Of a stretch of 64,000 nucleotides of DNA, positions 45,275 to 59,244 are shown piece after piece. A program made the translations under genes and the position numbers. The stretch spans positions 14,756,001 to 14,820,000 of the forward strand of contig OZ024747.1 in the NCBI GenBank assembly GCA_964016885.1. The letters are read 5' to 3'. This stretch comes from Eledone cirrhosa (lineage: Eukaryota). Each line of letters opens with the position of its first letter. Within the stretch, counting starts at the first letter, position 1. The notes below the pieces were generated by a model. It ran no database searches. It had not been told where the DNA came from and worked only from the letters and a program-made list of their open reading frames with translations.

Positions 45275-45931
45275 ATATATAATACAAGGACGAATGGTTA
45301 CGCCTTCATTGGTTATGGCGCGCGTTTCGCTACTGACCAGCTCAAGGTTCGATCATTATTGATCTGGCCCGACTCTGGAATCAAAAGCTCGTTGGACCTC
45401 TGTAGTAGTCACACTCCCTGAATATAATATATATATATATATATCGTCATATAGTACACATTTTACCTGATACTTGTTTATTCGCTACTGAACGTTTAAC
45501 TGAACTTCGCAATAATTTCATATTAAAATTTAACTGAAGCTTTATTGGCAATCCAGGTTGATTATTATATAAATTCATTATTTGGTCTTTACACATGTTT
45601 GTTTGTGTTTTCCTTTACGATATATTGTTTCAATATCTTTAACTTCACAATTTTTCCCTTAGGTTTTTCTATATAAACATAACATACGTTTATAAGTACA
45701 TTACACGTTATATTGTGTGTCAAGAGAAGATAAAGATAAGATATAAGATATACAGATTATTTATCATAAAGACCAGTGCAATTAATGAAATCAATCGCGT
45801 GACCTTTCATGTCCAGACGTGTCAATAAACAGGTGATCTTCATTAATATAAACACAACGATACATATTACATTGTGAGAGCAACGACGTATATTTTCGCA
45901 CCAGTACTTTTATTACTTATTTTAAAGATCT

Positions 45932-46181
45932 AATAATTGTTTCTGCTTTTGGCACAAGGCCAGTAATTATCCCAGTGCATTACTGGTACTTTATTTTATC
46001 GACCCCGTAAGGATGAAAGGCATTACTGGTACTTTATTTTTAAGGTTAATGATTAGGTTAAATCCCGATGAGGTTAACGCAAAGTTAACCTCATCGGGAT
46101 TTGAACTCAGGAAGCAAAGGGCCATAACTATGCTGCAAAGCATGGTGGTTGATGCTCTACTGATACTGCCAATCCACCGCC
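45932..46181 (-). mobile_element. Meta-like SINE with internal direct and inverted duplication
   Basis: cattactggtactttatttt repeated; hairpin aaatcccgatgaggttaac-gcaaa-gttaacctcatcgggattt. Confidence 0.85.
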
Positions 46182-46599
46182 CTTCATCTAATAAGGATGA
46201 AAATAGAAGTCGTTGTTATTTGAACACAGCACGTCCAAGTGTGCAATTGGCAGTATTGGAAATTTAAAGTTGTGATGTCTCTGCTTTTTTGAAACTCATT
46301 AGCCTCGACTAGGATTCGAACCACGATTGTAAAAAAACTGTATGCCATGAACTCGTCTCTTTTACAACGGTGTTTACCGCATTCTAAAAAAGGCCATACT
46401 AAAATCAAATCGATTAAAGTTTGAACCCAATACACATTCTATATTTTTGTCGATTTCCCGATATTGTTTTCCATGTTCTTCACTTTATAACTTATAGTAT
46501 AATTAATGGCATCTTCTTTAACTTTACATGTACAACAACTTGAAATCTTTTCAGCACCGAGGGAAATTTGCAGAGTAGTCTTAATCCATTTATTTTTAG

Positions 46600-46692
46600 G
46601 TGAATATCTCAAGAAGAAAAGAAAATACATAAAAAGTGTCAACCCGATAAGAGAAGCAAAAGAAGACAGTAGTAGCAACGGAAACAGCGATG
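46600..46692 (+). other. Candidate coding exon (93 nt, phase 1-1)
   Basis: Acceptor ccatttatttttag, donor G|GTAAGC; reads EYLKKKRKYIKSVNPIREAKEDSSSNGNSD. Confidence 0.3.
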
Positions 46693-47882
46693 GTAAGCAG
46701 CAGGTGGTAATCAAATCACAAAAGAGATATGTAGACAAGAAAAATATATTAAATATACTGTGTTGTTGGAACAGAAAGCTTTTAAATATCTGAAATGCAT
46801 TCCATTAACGCCAACTGATCTAGTGAAATAAGAAATACAAAGATATTTTTTAAAAGGGGGTAAAAAGAAATGGTAGGCTTGTTGTTGAATGAAGAGGTGA
46901 GTGGATGTGGTTGAGAGAAAGAGAGAGAAAGATAGAGATTGAAGAAGGAAAAGGATGTAAGAATAGTTAGTTAGATAGCTGGCTAAAGAAAGCAAAAGAA
47001 TTGATAATAGTATGGAAATAATGGAGAGGTGTGATGGAAAAAAAGGGGGAGGATATTAGGGATAATGGAGGAAAATCAATAAGTTTGAAGAATAAGAATA
47101 AGAATGAAAAATTAGGAGGTGGTACTATATAAAACTGAAATGAAAATGTGTAAGAGGCATTGATAGCGTTTGGAATAATAGTTTTAAAATTGAACGACAC
47201 ATACGAGATGTAACAATATTAATTCAAATAGATAGAGCAGACGACAAGAAAAAGAAACAGAGCAGGAGAGAAATATTGAAAATTCATGAACATTTAGATA
47301 ATATTGAAATTAATATGTTGAAGGAGAAATAAAAGAAGAAAAATAGATATCTAGATATATATTTTTTAATAAATAGATTTCAAATTTAATTCAGTAAGAT
47401 AAAATGCATATTTTCATAAGAAAAAAAGTTTAAGAGAAAAATGTTTCCAACCATGAATATATAATGGGTACTAAAAAAGACACATAATAAGTGAAATATA
47501 CATAGTGTATATGTGTGTACGCAAAGGAAAATAAAAGAGCAAAATATTTGAAAAATTTCGTCAAAGAAAGTGATTATAAGTAAAGTTAATGTAGTAGCTT
47601 TAATGAGATGTTATTGTTGAGAGGTATAGGTCCTTATAGGACAGTGAAATAATAGCACAACAGCGCAAAGGCATCACATTTTCTGCCATGTTTAACAGCA
47701 AATCCAAACCTAGTGTATAACTGAATAGATTGCATCTCTATATCTCAGACGTCAATCACCGGTTCTGCCTCGTCTCAACCATGTTTACATCTTCAGGTAC
47801 ACAAATACTCACATACATACACTCATACATAGGCGCATAGAATTACATACATACATCTGTCTATACTACTACTACTAATAAT

Positions 47883-48070
47883 AATATTGTTTCTAGTTTT
47901 GGCACAAGGCCAGAAATTATCCGAGTACATTACTGGTACTTTATTTAATCGACCCCGTAAGGATGAAAGGCAAAGTGAACCTCGGCGTGATTTGAACTCA
48001 GACCATAAAGGGGCGTAACTCTATGCTGCAAAGCATGGCGTCCGACCTTCTACATATACTGTCAATCCCC
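47883..48070 (-). mobile_element. Meta-like SINE adjacent to (CTA)n tract (48071-48258)
   Basis: Reverse-complement consensus; ctactact on both flanks. Confidence 0.88.
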
Positions 48071-48104
<34 letters not shown>

Positions 48105-48175
48105 GACTACTACTACTACTACTACGACTACTACTACTACATCTACTACTACTACTACTACGACTACTACTACAT

Positions 48176-48209
<34 letters not shown>

Positions 48210-48440
48210 ATCTACTACTACTACTACTACTACTATTACTGTTACCACTATTACTACAACTGTCAGTCGTGACCGAGAATGAGTTGTTATTATGTTCCTG
48301 CTTTTCATTATATGTTTTAATTGCCCAGACCTCTTAACTCTCACTCAATTGATCCAGTGTAATACCTCGTCTGTTAAACCTGGAAGCTAAGATGGTTGAA
48401 CCAGAACTGGGTTGGTTCATTTTTCATCGAATGAAAAGCA

Positions 48441-48621
48441 AATAATTATTTCTACTTTTGGCACAAGGCCAGCAATTATCCCAGTGCATTATTGGTACTT
48501 TATTTTATCGACCCCGTAAGGATGAAGGCAAAGTTAACCTCGGCGGGATTTGAGCTCAGACTGTAAAGGGGTATAACTATGTTGCAAAGCATGGCGTCCG
48601 ACCCTCTACCGATACTGCCAA
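48441..48621 (-). mobile_element. Meta-like SINE with TSD
   Basis: TSD aatgaaaagcaaat. Confidence 0.9.
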
Positions 48622-49186
48622 TGAAAAGCAAATCTTGAAAAGCAAAGTGGACATCAGCGTAGTTTGAACACATAATACATATTCCCGGTACGAATATTCG
48701 ACTCTCTATATGCAGATATGTAGGTAACCAGTAAGCCACGTGTATTAACCATACATAAATATATAAATACATACATACATGTGTATGTGTCTGTTTGTGT
48801 GTCTGACAAAATGATGAACGCGTCGTATACCCATTTCAGGATGAGGTGTATGTAATTTCGTTCCATCATTGTCTCAGATATTTGGGAGAAAGGAAAAATC
48901 AATTAGATCGATCCAAGTAATTGGCTGAAACTTTATGTTATCGATGTCGAGAAGATTAGAAGCAAAGTTGGCCTCAGCGAAATTCGAAATCAGAATCTAA
49001 AGAGCTGAACATTTGTTGAACACGTTAACGATTCTGCGAATGACCCGCCCTGTATTTCAATATATGGGGTGTGTGTTCCACAAAAAATACTCGTATACCG
49101 CTATAGATTACATTCACATCCACCCTGAAATCACATGGAATACTAATAGTCTTTTTAAATATTAAACATTTATATTATAGTGTTAA

Positions 49187-49395
49187 GTGAAGGCGCATGG
49201 CAGAGTGCTTAGAGAATTGGATTCGCAATCGTGAGGTTGTGAGTTCGATTCCCGAACCGGGCGATGCGTTGTGTCCTTGGGCAAGACACGTTATTTCGCG
49301 TTGCTCCTTATACATGGAGTTGCGACCGATTAGCAATTGGAAAGAACAATGGAAACATTGTTTCATCGGTCCGATTTAACGAAAGTCGATCGACT
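49187..49395 (+). mobile_element. tRNA-CORE-like SINE
   Basis: A box tggcagagtg, B box gagttcgattcc, then gcgttgtgtccttgggcaagacac (CORE-like). Confidence 0.85.
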
Positions 49396-51174
49396 GTCGG
49401 TTATATTGTTAGTCCTACTATATTCATCTTAGTTAAAATGCTACTGGTGTCGCCCCCGAATTGTCTCCTATTGTCTCCGATCAAATAATTATTAGCTCTG
49501 GGCTACGCTGTATATGCCCGGCTATGATCCTACCCCTTATCGTACACATTTATATCCCAGTATAGTACCAAAGAAGGCATTATTTAAATCTTGAAAGAAA
49601 CTTGTTATGCTGTCTCATACACTTCTGATATATAAATATAGAAAAGGCCGAAGCAGACATATTATTTGATTAGATGTTTTGATAGCGTTAACATCTTAAA
49701 TATGCCCGTAATCTAGTTGTGATATTGGATATTAAAGGCATAGATTATTCTGCCAAGGCTTTCGGTTGTTTTCCGTCAGTCTACGATCAATATTTCCACT
49801 CAGCTATCTCATAGTCACAAGATCACTATTTTCACCCAAACATACACTCTTAAAAATGTAGATCTAACGATGAACCTATCACACAATGAACGCAATCTGA
49901 ATTCTCTAAGGCTAGAAGAACTACTTAAATGATCTAATAATATAATGTTGGCTATTTTCGTGCGAGAAAAGAATACTTAAAAGGCCAACTATAGAGGAGA
50001 ATGTCCTTAATAATATTTTGGTACGTAGCCAAAAATTATGTGTATTCATAATTCATTTAGCTCGTCTGGATACAACATGACATTTCAAACAATTTGCTTG
50101 GCACTGAGCTGCATGCATCAGATACTCATTCTTATATTTTATTATATCGCTTTTTTTCATTCTTCAATATACATATCCTGTTATATATAATATACATGTG
50201 AGCATTTCCTCGTTTAAGGCCAACCGCCAGCCAGCCAGCAAATACAGATTATAATGATACAAAATGAATTTATATCATGTATAAGAATAAATTTATTCAT
50301 TTCTATACTCGATGTGCCATATACATTTCAATAATACACAAACAGACAGAAGTTTCGAACTTTTCATGTGATATTAAGATTGAATTAGGGCGCCTATACT
50401 TAGGTATTTGCTCTGCTAGAAATAATAGTCAAATCAACCTCAAATAAACAAGACGAAATAGACATTGAAAGAATACAATACACATAAAAATGATAGTGAT
50501 CATAAATAAATACCTTAATTGCAAGTCACTTTGTTTATTCATCCAAGAAACTGAATATTTTGAGAGAAACTATTTTTTGTATTAGATTAAATATCTTTCA
50601 TACATATATTCAAATATCTAAGAACCAATGAAACTAGTTCTCTGAGGTCGTACAACTTGCTAGAATAATCTGCAAAATTTCTACGAAATAATATTGCATA
50701 TAGTTATTTGTGGAATCTGGTGTTACCAATTAGGCCTGACCTAATGCTGAACATCAACAAACATTCTAATGGGTGTTATTTAGATTATATTTGCTTGATT
50801 TTAGTCAGTCTGCCGAGAAAGACAATTCCCAATTATATTTGTTGATAAAGGGAAATGGGCGAAATTGATGTTTATATTAAATATTCATTAGTCCAGGAGA
50901 GTTTTTCGTTTAGGTTACAAGCCGGGGCATTGCAGCCCGTACAATAGATAGATAGATAGATAGATAGACGCATGGGTTGGGTGGATGGATGGATGGAAGA
51001 ACGCTTCACAGGATTATCTACGAGTTCAGTCGACCTGGTTGAAATATTCCCCAAATATCCTGTGGCTTTATATATATATGTGTTCTACCACTATATATAT
51101 ATATAGTGGTAGAACACTGGAAGGAAATATCCGTTGTGGTAGAGTACTCAGTCCATGGCATATATATATAGTCC

Positions 51175-51275
<101 letters not shown>

Positions 51276-51309
51276 CATACATATATATATATATATATAC
51301 ATACATACA

Positions 51310-51407
<98 letters not shown>

Positions 51408-51446
51408 CATATATATATATATATATACATACATATATATATATAT

Positions 51447-51526
<80 letters not shown>

Positions 51527-51739
51527 AAGTTGCAGTATCGTAAAAGAGGATAGAAAGAGGTGCGATGCAGAGTATTACATGCCAAAAGCGGGTGCATAAG
51601 TGGTTGATGTTTGGGTTATCAGGGTTAAACATTCGAGAAGGTTAATATTTGGTGTACAAGGATAAGCAGAGAGCGGTGATAGGCAAAATAATTAATGAAA
51701 GAGTTACAAGCCGTTAAAACATATCTTTATAAAGCCCTG

Positions 51740-51800
<61 letters not shown>

Positions 51801-51829
51801 GTATATGTATATATATATATATATATATG

Positions 51830-51899
<70 letters not shown>

Positions 51900-52014
51900 T
51901 ATATATATATATACGATATTAAACAAATGGAAACTATATTTATAAAACCATATTTATTTCATTATACATATTTCAGGGATACCATAGTAACCCAACAATT
52001 TTAAATAAAACTTT

Positions 52015-52073
<59 letters not shown>

Positions 52074-52132
52074 TTATAATAGACAGAAAAACATATGTTA
52101 AAGCAAATTTCTAATATCATCTCTCACCAATC

Positions 52133-52317
52133 ATAATTGTTTCTACTTTAGGCACAAGGCCAGCAATTACCCAGTGCATTACTGGTACTTTATTTTATCG
52201 ACCCTGTAAGGATGAAAGGCAACGTTAACCTCGGCGGGATTTGTACTCAGATCATAAAGGGCCGTAACTCTATGCTTCAAAGCATGGCTCCGACCCTCTA
52301 CCGATACTGCCAATCCA
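52133..52317 (-). mobile_element. Meta-like SINE
   Basis: Reverse-complement consensus. Confidence 0.9.
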
Positions 52318-52442
52318 AAATAACGCTGTCCCCTGAGTCCTTCAATATTTTAAAGTCACTGACTATGATTTAAGGAAAATTTGGTTGCTATTTCTAGCAG
52401 GTTGACAAATCAAATTGATAATTATGGATGTAGTTTGGGATT

Positions 52443-52690
52443 ATGGTAACGATGGTAACGACAATGAGGACAATGGCCGACACTGATGTCGACGATGATG
52501 GCTGGGATGGTGATGGTTATAAGGATGATAATGATGGTTATAATGATGTTGAGGATGATGACGACGATGTTGGTGATGATGATGATGACGGTGGTGAGGA
52601 TGATAATGATGACGATGATGATGATGATGACGACGGTGGTGATGAGGATGGCGATGGTGGTAATGATGATGATGATGAAAAGGATAATGT
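52443..52690. repeat. Degenerate (GAT)n tract
   Basis: Directly visible. Confidence 0.9.
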
Positions 52691-53530
52691 TAGCGTGTAA
52701 TTCTTGGTAATTAGCAATGGAGATATGAGGAACAAGAAACAATGTTTGAAATAACGAATGAAGGGGAAGTAGGTAGGATGAACGAAAAAAGCATAAAAGG
52801 AAAGAGTAAAAAAAAAAGTGAAGTCGAAAGAAAGAAAGAAGGAAAGAAGGAAAGAAAGAAAGAAAGACGAGGAGAAGTAAATCAAGCATGATTCCTATGA
52901 AAACCTTAGGTGGCACTCAGATGAGTTGGCTGTATGTCATAAATCCCCCGAAGGAAGGAAAAGATCTATGTTCCCACTAGCCAAACTTAAGGGGAGGCAC
53001 TTCTGGGTTGCCACGCTTTCATCTAGCTAAACCGACAATTACTTTCGGCAACATCCACACATAGACAGACACACACATACTTACAGACAAACACACACAC
53101 ACAAACTTACAGACAAACAAACACACACACTCATACACACACACACAAAATCCAGAATAAATAAATCTCTTTAATCCACTTTTTAACAATTTTATACTTT
53201 ATTGCACTTTTATAATTTTCTTTAGGTATTACTTTTTATTTTATAATTTTAATTTAACCTGAAACATATATAAACAAAATCATTTAACATAAGCAAATTA
53301 AACTAACATACAACGTAAAATCCAGCATACAAATAATTCTAGTGAATAGCTTAGAATGTTTACAAACCCACACTTTTAACTGTTTAATAGCACTTTTTTT
53401 TATTTATTTGGGACCTAATCAACACAAAAAAAAAGTGATTACAAGCCAGGAACAGAGAAAAACATTTTTTTTTTGTTACACGGTGTTATTTTCTTTTCCT
53501 TTAATGATAAATAATTATTATGGCAATATA

Positions 53531-53588
<58 letters not shown>

Positions 53589-53619
53589 TTGATGATGGCG
53601 ATAATGATAGTGATGATGG

Positions 53620-53656
<37 letters not shown>

Positions 53657-53842
53657 AGTGGTAATAGTGTTGGTGATGTTGATGATGATGATGATGTTAA
53701 TGGTGATGATGTTGACGGTGATGCTAATGATTATTATGATGATTACGACGATGATAATTATAAGGAATACTAATGATGGTGGTGGTAATAATGATGATGA
53801 TTGTATCTTCCGCGGTGATGGAGTTGTTGAAGATGTTGATAG
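53531..53842. repeat. (GAT)n tract
   Basis: Directly visible. Confidence 0.9.
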
Positions 53843-54588
53843 TAATAATTGTTTCTAAAATATATATAAGTCCAGCAAGTTTGGGGAAGAGTCAATCAAC
53901 TCTAGTTCTTTACTCATACTTTATATTATCGACCCTGGTAAAATGAAAAGCAAAATTGACGTCGGCGGAATTTGAACTCAGAACGTAAAAAAGCTGTAAC
54001 TAAACTCTGCAAAATTAATGTCAATATAACTCCCTAACTCCCTTATGAACCTAGTAATAATGGTTTCTACTTTCGGCACAAGGCCAGCAATTATCCACTG
54101 GTACTTTATTTTATCGACCCCGTAAGGATGAAAGGCAAAGTTAAACTCGACGGGATTTGAACTCAGAATGGAAAGGGCCGTAACTCTATGCGTCAAAGCA
54201 TGGCGTCCGACCCTCTATCGATACTGCCAATTAGTAATAATTGTTTCTACTTTTTTATGATTTAGGCATAAGGACAACACATTTGGGGGAGGGGAAAGTC
54301 GATTAAATCGACTCCAGTGCGTGACTGGTACTTTAGTTTATCGAACCTGTAAGGATGAAAGGCAAAGTTAACCTCGGTGGGATTTGAACTCAGACTATAA
54401 AGAACCGAAACTCTATACTGCAAAGCATGGTGTCCGACTCTAACCGATACTGCTAATCCACAGAAACATAATTGTTTCTACTTTTGGCACAAGGCCAGCA
54501 ATTTACCAGTGTATTACTGGTACTTTATTTTATCGACCCCGTAAGGATGAAAGGCAAAGTTAACCTCGGCGGGATTTGAACTCAGAAT
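53843..54588 (-). mobile_element. Cluster of four co-oriented Meta-like SINEs
   Basis: Copies at about 53843-54012 (diverged), 54056-54232, 54236-54461 (long tail) and 54469-54588 (5'-truncated, TSD cagaaacataat). Confidence 0.88.
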
Positions 54589-55120
54589 GGCAGAAACATA
54601 ATCCACAGAAACATAATGTAAGTTAATAAACTAAGGCATGTTGTTTCGTCTGTTGATCTCCAGATTTAAGTCTGTATGTCTTCTGGATAACTAGATTGCT
54701 TCTTCAATAGATTACTTCTTCAATAAACCAAAATGTATTAGCTTTTCTTTATGAAAAGCTATCACAGTATATATTAAGTATAACGGACGTACTCGCTTAT
54801 TTTATAGCTACTATGGTAGCTATAAAATAACTTTTCTTAAGAAATAAATTATTCATATTTTCAGATTTACTCAATATCTTCACACCTTTGTTGGTCCGTT
54901 TATATTTCATTAGTGTTAAAATACGTAAGATCGATATATTTACAGCAATTGACATAAATGAAGGCGTGGTCGTTTGATGCAAAATGCATGCATTTTTCTC
55001 TTGTTCTAACACTGTAACAACTGTTTTATCTACGCATTTGTACAGTTAGATCTGTAAGCATGTAGTTCGCTATTCTTCACCCGTTATGTAAACACACATG
55101 CATGTGTTTCACTCACAAAG

Positions 55121-55790
55121 TTGTGTGTAAGCCACACAAAACCCAAGTGTGGCCTGCACCTACTGTTATACCACCAGAGCGCACGCCGGTATCACCGACA
55201 TGCCGCTCTCAACAACATATTGAGATTGAGCCTGGATGCAGCCGGCTTCCTATCACAACTGGAGCGAACAGAGCACGACAGCGGAGACGGCAAGCGCCAA
55301 GACGGAATAACCCTCTTTCCATTCGAAGAAAGTAAATCCCTCATCCGGGACGCCACATGTTGTGACACGTTCTCCGCTTCAAACTTAGTCATTTCGGCCA
55401 CAATCAACGATATTGTGGCCTGCAATGCAGAGGACAAGAAGACAAACAGGGTCTCCGGACTCCGGAAAGTTGAGCTCTATCGGGAAATTGGAACATCAGC
55501 AACCCGTCTCTGGAAGGAGCACTGTGAGGTGTCGTGGGCCATTGTCCGTAGAAATATATTTGCAGCTTTGTCCGCGGAACACAGACAAAACAGCATCCCT
55601 TCTGGGCCCAGAGCCCAGAGCCCATTACCCTCTTCTCTCTCCATTTCTTCTGTGGCCAAACAGTCCTTGTTTTTTTCCCTCATTTTCCTCTCATTTATGA
55701 AATGTATAGTCCTTTCCTCTACTTTCTCATAAAGCCAAATCTGCCCTTCTTTACCCCTTCTCCTTTTTCCAATTACTTAATTTAGTTGTT
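55121..55790 (+). mobile_element. 3' fragment of a CRE-like non-LTR retrotransposon (restriction-like endonuclease domain)
   Basis: GLHLL..HQSARRYHRHAALNNILRLSLDAAGFLSQLE...DGKRQDGITLFPF...LIRDATCCDTFSAS...AEDKK matches the decayed zinc-knuckle/RH...RPD...D RLE module (PD changed to QD); pyrimidine-rich 3' region follows. Confidence 0.8.
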
Positions 55791-56117
55791 ATCTTTCTTT
55801 TCATATCAATTGTTTAAGCTAACTTTATGAGTGAAACAACACACATATATATACATCATTTATGATTCTCATAATTAGCTACACGTAAACAGCACACATA
55901 CATACCATAATATATAATATATATATATATATATATATAAAATCAAGGTCTAGCAAATAGAGAATATATATATATATATATATAAATATATAAACACATG
56001 ATTGTTCATTAAAATAGTAATTCCTTGCCTGCATTACGGAATATTTCATGCATAAATACAAAGAGATATCCGAAGTCGTATGAACCGTACCATACAGATA
56101 TGTACACACTGATATCT

Positions 56118-56205
<88 letters not shown>

Positions 56206-56449
56206 ACTCTCTCTCTCTGCCACTCTAACGTTATCTGTATAGGCATATATATGTACATACACACACCCACACACATATATATGTATATATATACATATAG
56301 ATTTATCCCGGGTTCAATCGGGGGTAACCACAGTAGGTAAGGTACTCAATACATAGCAGAGTATAAATATTTAATGTAGAAATTATCAGGGCTTCCTGAT
56401 GATTTCTCCCGAATAAAACAGTTCTAGTCCTGTAGAAGCCATATTTCTA

Positions 56450-56522
<73 letters not shown>

Positions 56523-56526
<4 letters not shown>

Positions 56527-56921
56527 GGTGTTGGATGCTTAAAGCGTCCGTATGCGGTAGGCCGTATGAGCACTCAATGCCTTCGTAGAGCAGAGTATGA
56601 TATCACAGAAAAAAGAGAATCAATGTTGCGACGAACAAATTTATTGGAGATACTACAATTGTTTCTTGGGCGACCAGCTCGAGGCACGATCGATATGGTG
56701 ATCAAACCTGACACTGAAATCGCGAGGTCGTCGGATACGTCTCGATTCAACAACAGGAAAATCTGCTTCGTAGAATCGAGACGTATCCGACGACTGCGCG
56801 ATTTCGGAGTCAGGTTTGATCACCATATCGAACAAGCCTCGAGCTGGTTGCCAAAGAAACAATTGTAGTATCTCCAATAAATTCCTTTCGTCGCAACACT
56901 GATTCTCCTTTTTCTTTGATA
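56523..56921. mobile_element. Fold-back element (about 150-bp arms, tail on left) with long-stem-II hammerhead
   Basis: Arms 56598-56749 and 56774-56921; right arm gagacgtat-CCGACGA...GAAACAATTGTA^-gtatctc. Confidence 0.8.
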
Positions 56922-56973
56922 TATATGTATATATATATATATTTATATATATATATATTTATATATATATATA

Positions 56974-58991
56974 TTGGAGGGACTGAGGAGAGTGTGACGA
57001 GGAGGTTCGCGTACTTCACCAATGCAGTGGCGGAAGCAAGTGAGATCCTGGTGGCCAGGAGAGAGAAGAAGAGGCAGCAAATCAGCTCTGCAGACCCAAA
57101 AGTGTGTGCAGCCAGAGAACACCTGAAAGCTGCCAAGGACCAATTCTATGCTGATCCTACAGAGGAGAGGAAGAAGAATATGGAGCTGATGAGGGAAGAA
57201 CTCTGTACCGCTTATACTGAAGCCAGAGAGGAGGCGCTGATAGAGAAGATCAGAAGTGTGGAGAGAGTGGTTGATAGGTCTAGGTGTAAGGATAGTTTGA
57301 TGATCATCAATGAGATCACAGGGGGGGGGGGGAGAAAAAGTGTTCGAGTCAGATCCAGGGAAAAGGACCCACGGATAGGAAGAGTAAATGGCTGGACCAT
57401 TTTAGGACCCTACTAGGAGAGGCGCCCTTCACATCCCAGAACACTGAGGAGATCAGGCGGCTGTTTGAGGAACTGGATATTGAGACAAGACCCTTCACCA
57501 GAGAGGAGCTTCAGAGAGCCAAGAAGATCAAGGGTGCAAGGCTCATGGAGAAGATGGATTGGCATCAGAGGTGATGAAGGGGCGTGATTTTGATGATATC
57601 ATCCTGGGGCTATGTAACCAGGCACTGGAGAAAGGGGTTGCCCCGAATCAGTGGAGGATCAGTAACATCATCCCAGTGCCAAAGAAGGGAGATCTCTCTA
57701 ACACTAGAGGTGGGGGGGGGTCTCACTGACGTCACATGTGGCAAAGACCCTCAACAGTTTGATTCTTAACAGGATCCAGTCTGAGATGAGAAGAAGCTCA
57801 GGGACAATCAGAACGACTTCAGAGAGGGAAGATCAACCGCCAGTCACATCCTGATGCTGAGGAGGATATTAGAGGAAGCTAGAGCAAAGTGCCTGCCTGC
57901 AGTCATGGCTTTCATTAACTTTAGGACACTCTTTGATCTTGTGGACCGTCACTGCCTAATGAAGATCTTACAGGCTTATGGAATCCCCAAGAAGATAGTG
58001 TACCTGATATCACTGTTCTACACGAACACCAAAGACCAAGTCATTACACCTGATGGGATGACGGAGTTCTTTGAGATACTGGCTGGAGTGCTCCAGGGAG
58101 ATACATTGGTTCCCTACCTTTTTATCATCGCAGAGGATTATTGTATCCGCCTTGCGCTGCAGAAACACCAAGACACTGGCTTTACTGTAACCCTGGCTCA
58201 GAGCAGGAGAGTTAAGGCGAAAAAGATATCGGATGCTGAATTTGCTGATGAAATAGTTCTGGTGACAAACATAGTGAAGGAGGCAGAGGTGTTGATGCAG
58301 GAGGTGGAAACTGTGTCGATGAGTGCGGGGCTGAGAATGACTGAGATTAAAACAAAGTGTCGGGTAGAGAATATTAAGAAACCAGGGAAGATTACTAATG
58401 GAGGTGGGAAGCCGCTAGCATTGGTTGAAGTCTTCCTGTATCTAGGAACAAAGATTGGGAATACAAAAGATGAGGTAGTCGAGAGGAAGAGCAAAGCCTG
58501 GGCGGCGTGCCACAGTTTGAGATCGGAGTGGAAGTCGGACCTTCGTCAAGACCTGAAGATCCGTCTCTTCTTTGCTGTAGTGGAGTCTGTGCTGCTGGAC
58601 GGGTCTGAGAGTTGGACACTGACCAAGCAACTCACTCAGATGGTGGATGTGTGCTACACGAGAATGCTGAGGATGGCTCTGAACATTAATCAGTATACAC
58701 TGAGGAGAAAGAACTCAAAGCTGTGCGGGAGCCTCCCAAAGGTCAGCTCGAAAGTAGCACAGAGGAGACTGGGGTTAGCTGGACATGCTCACCGACATCC
58801 AGATTTGAATTACACTCAGTGCTCCTGTGGGAGCCCTTGAATGGATACACTGGAAGAGGAAGACCGAGGTTGACATATGTTGATGCCCTAAAGACAGACA
58901 CTGGTCTCTTGGATACGCAGGGCATGACAGCGGTGATGAGGGACAGAGACCGCTGGAGAGAGCTCGTCCATGGTTCTCGGGAATTTTACCA

Positions 58992-58996
<5 letters not shown>
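56974..58996 (+). mobile_element. 5'-truncated RTE-group LINE (Proto2-like motifs) inserted in (TA)n; frameshifted RT
   Basis: LAGVLQGDTLVPYLFII, EFADEIVL, FLYLGT, ESVLLDGSESWTL, YTRMLRMALNI, LLWEP...GRGRPRLTYVD; (TA)n on both sides. Clade assignment is from remembered motifs only. Confidence 0.9.
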
Positions 58997-59062
<66 letters not shown>

Positions 59063-59244
59063 AGTTATTAATATTAATGATACTCCGGATAAACCGTTGA
59101 GAGCTTCTAATCTGTTGTAAATTAACTTTGTTCAATAATCAACAAACCAAATAATTAATTGTTTAAATATATATATATTAATCTCCAGAGTCTAGCTATT
59201 GAACAGTTAATTTTCTTGATTTGTTTAGTTAATTCTATTGACTG

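Noticed and set aside
49187-49262. Functional tRNA gene
   Set aside because: Imperfect cloverleaf followed by a CORE-like body, with further copies in the window; it is a SINE head.
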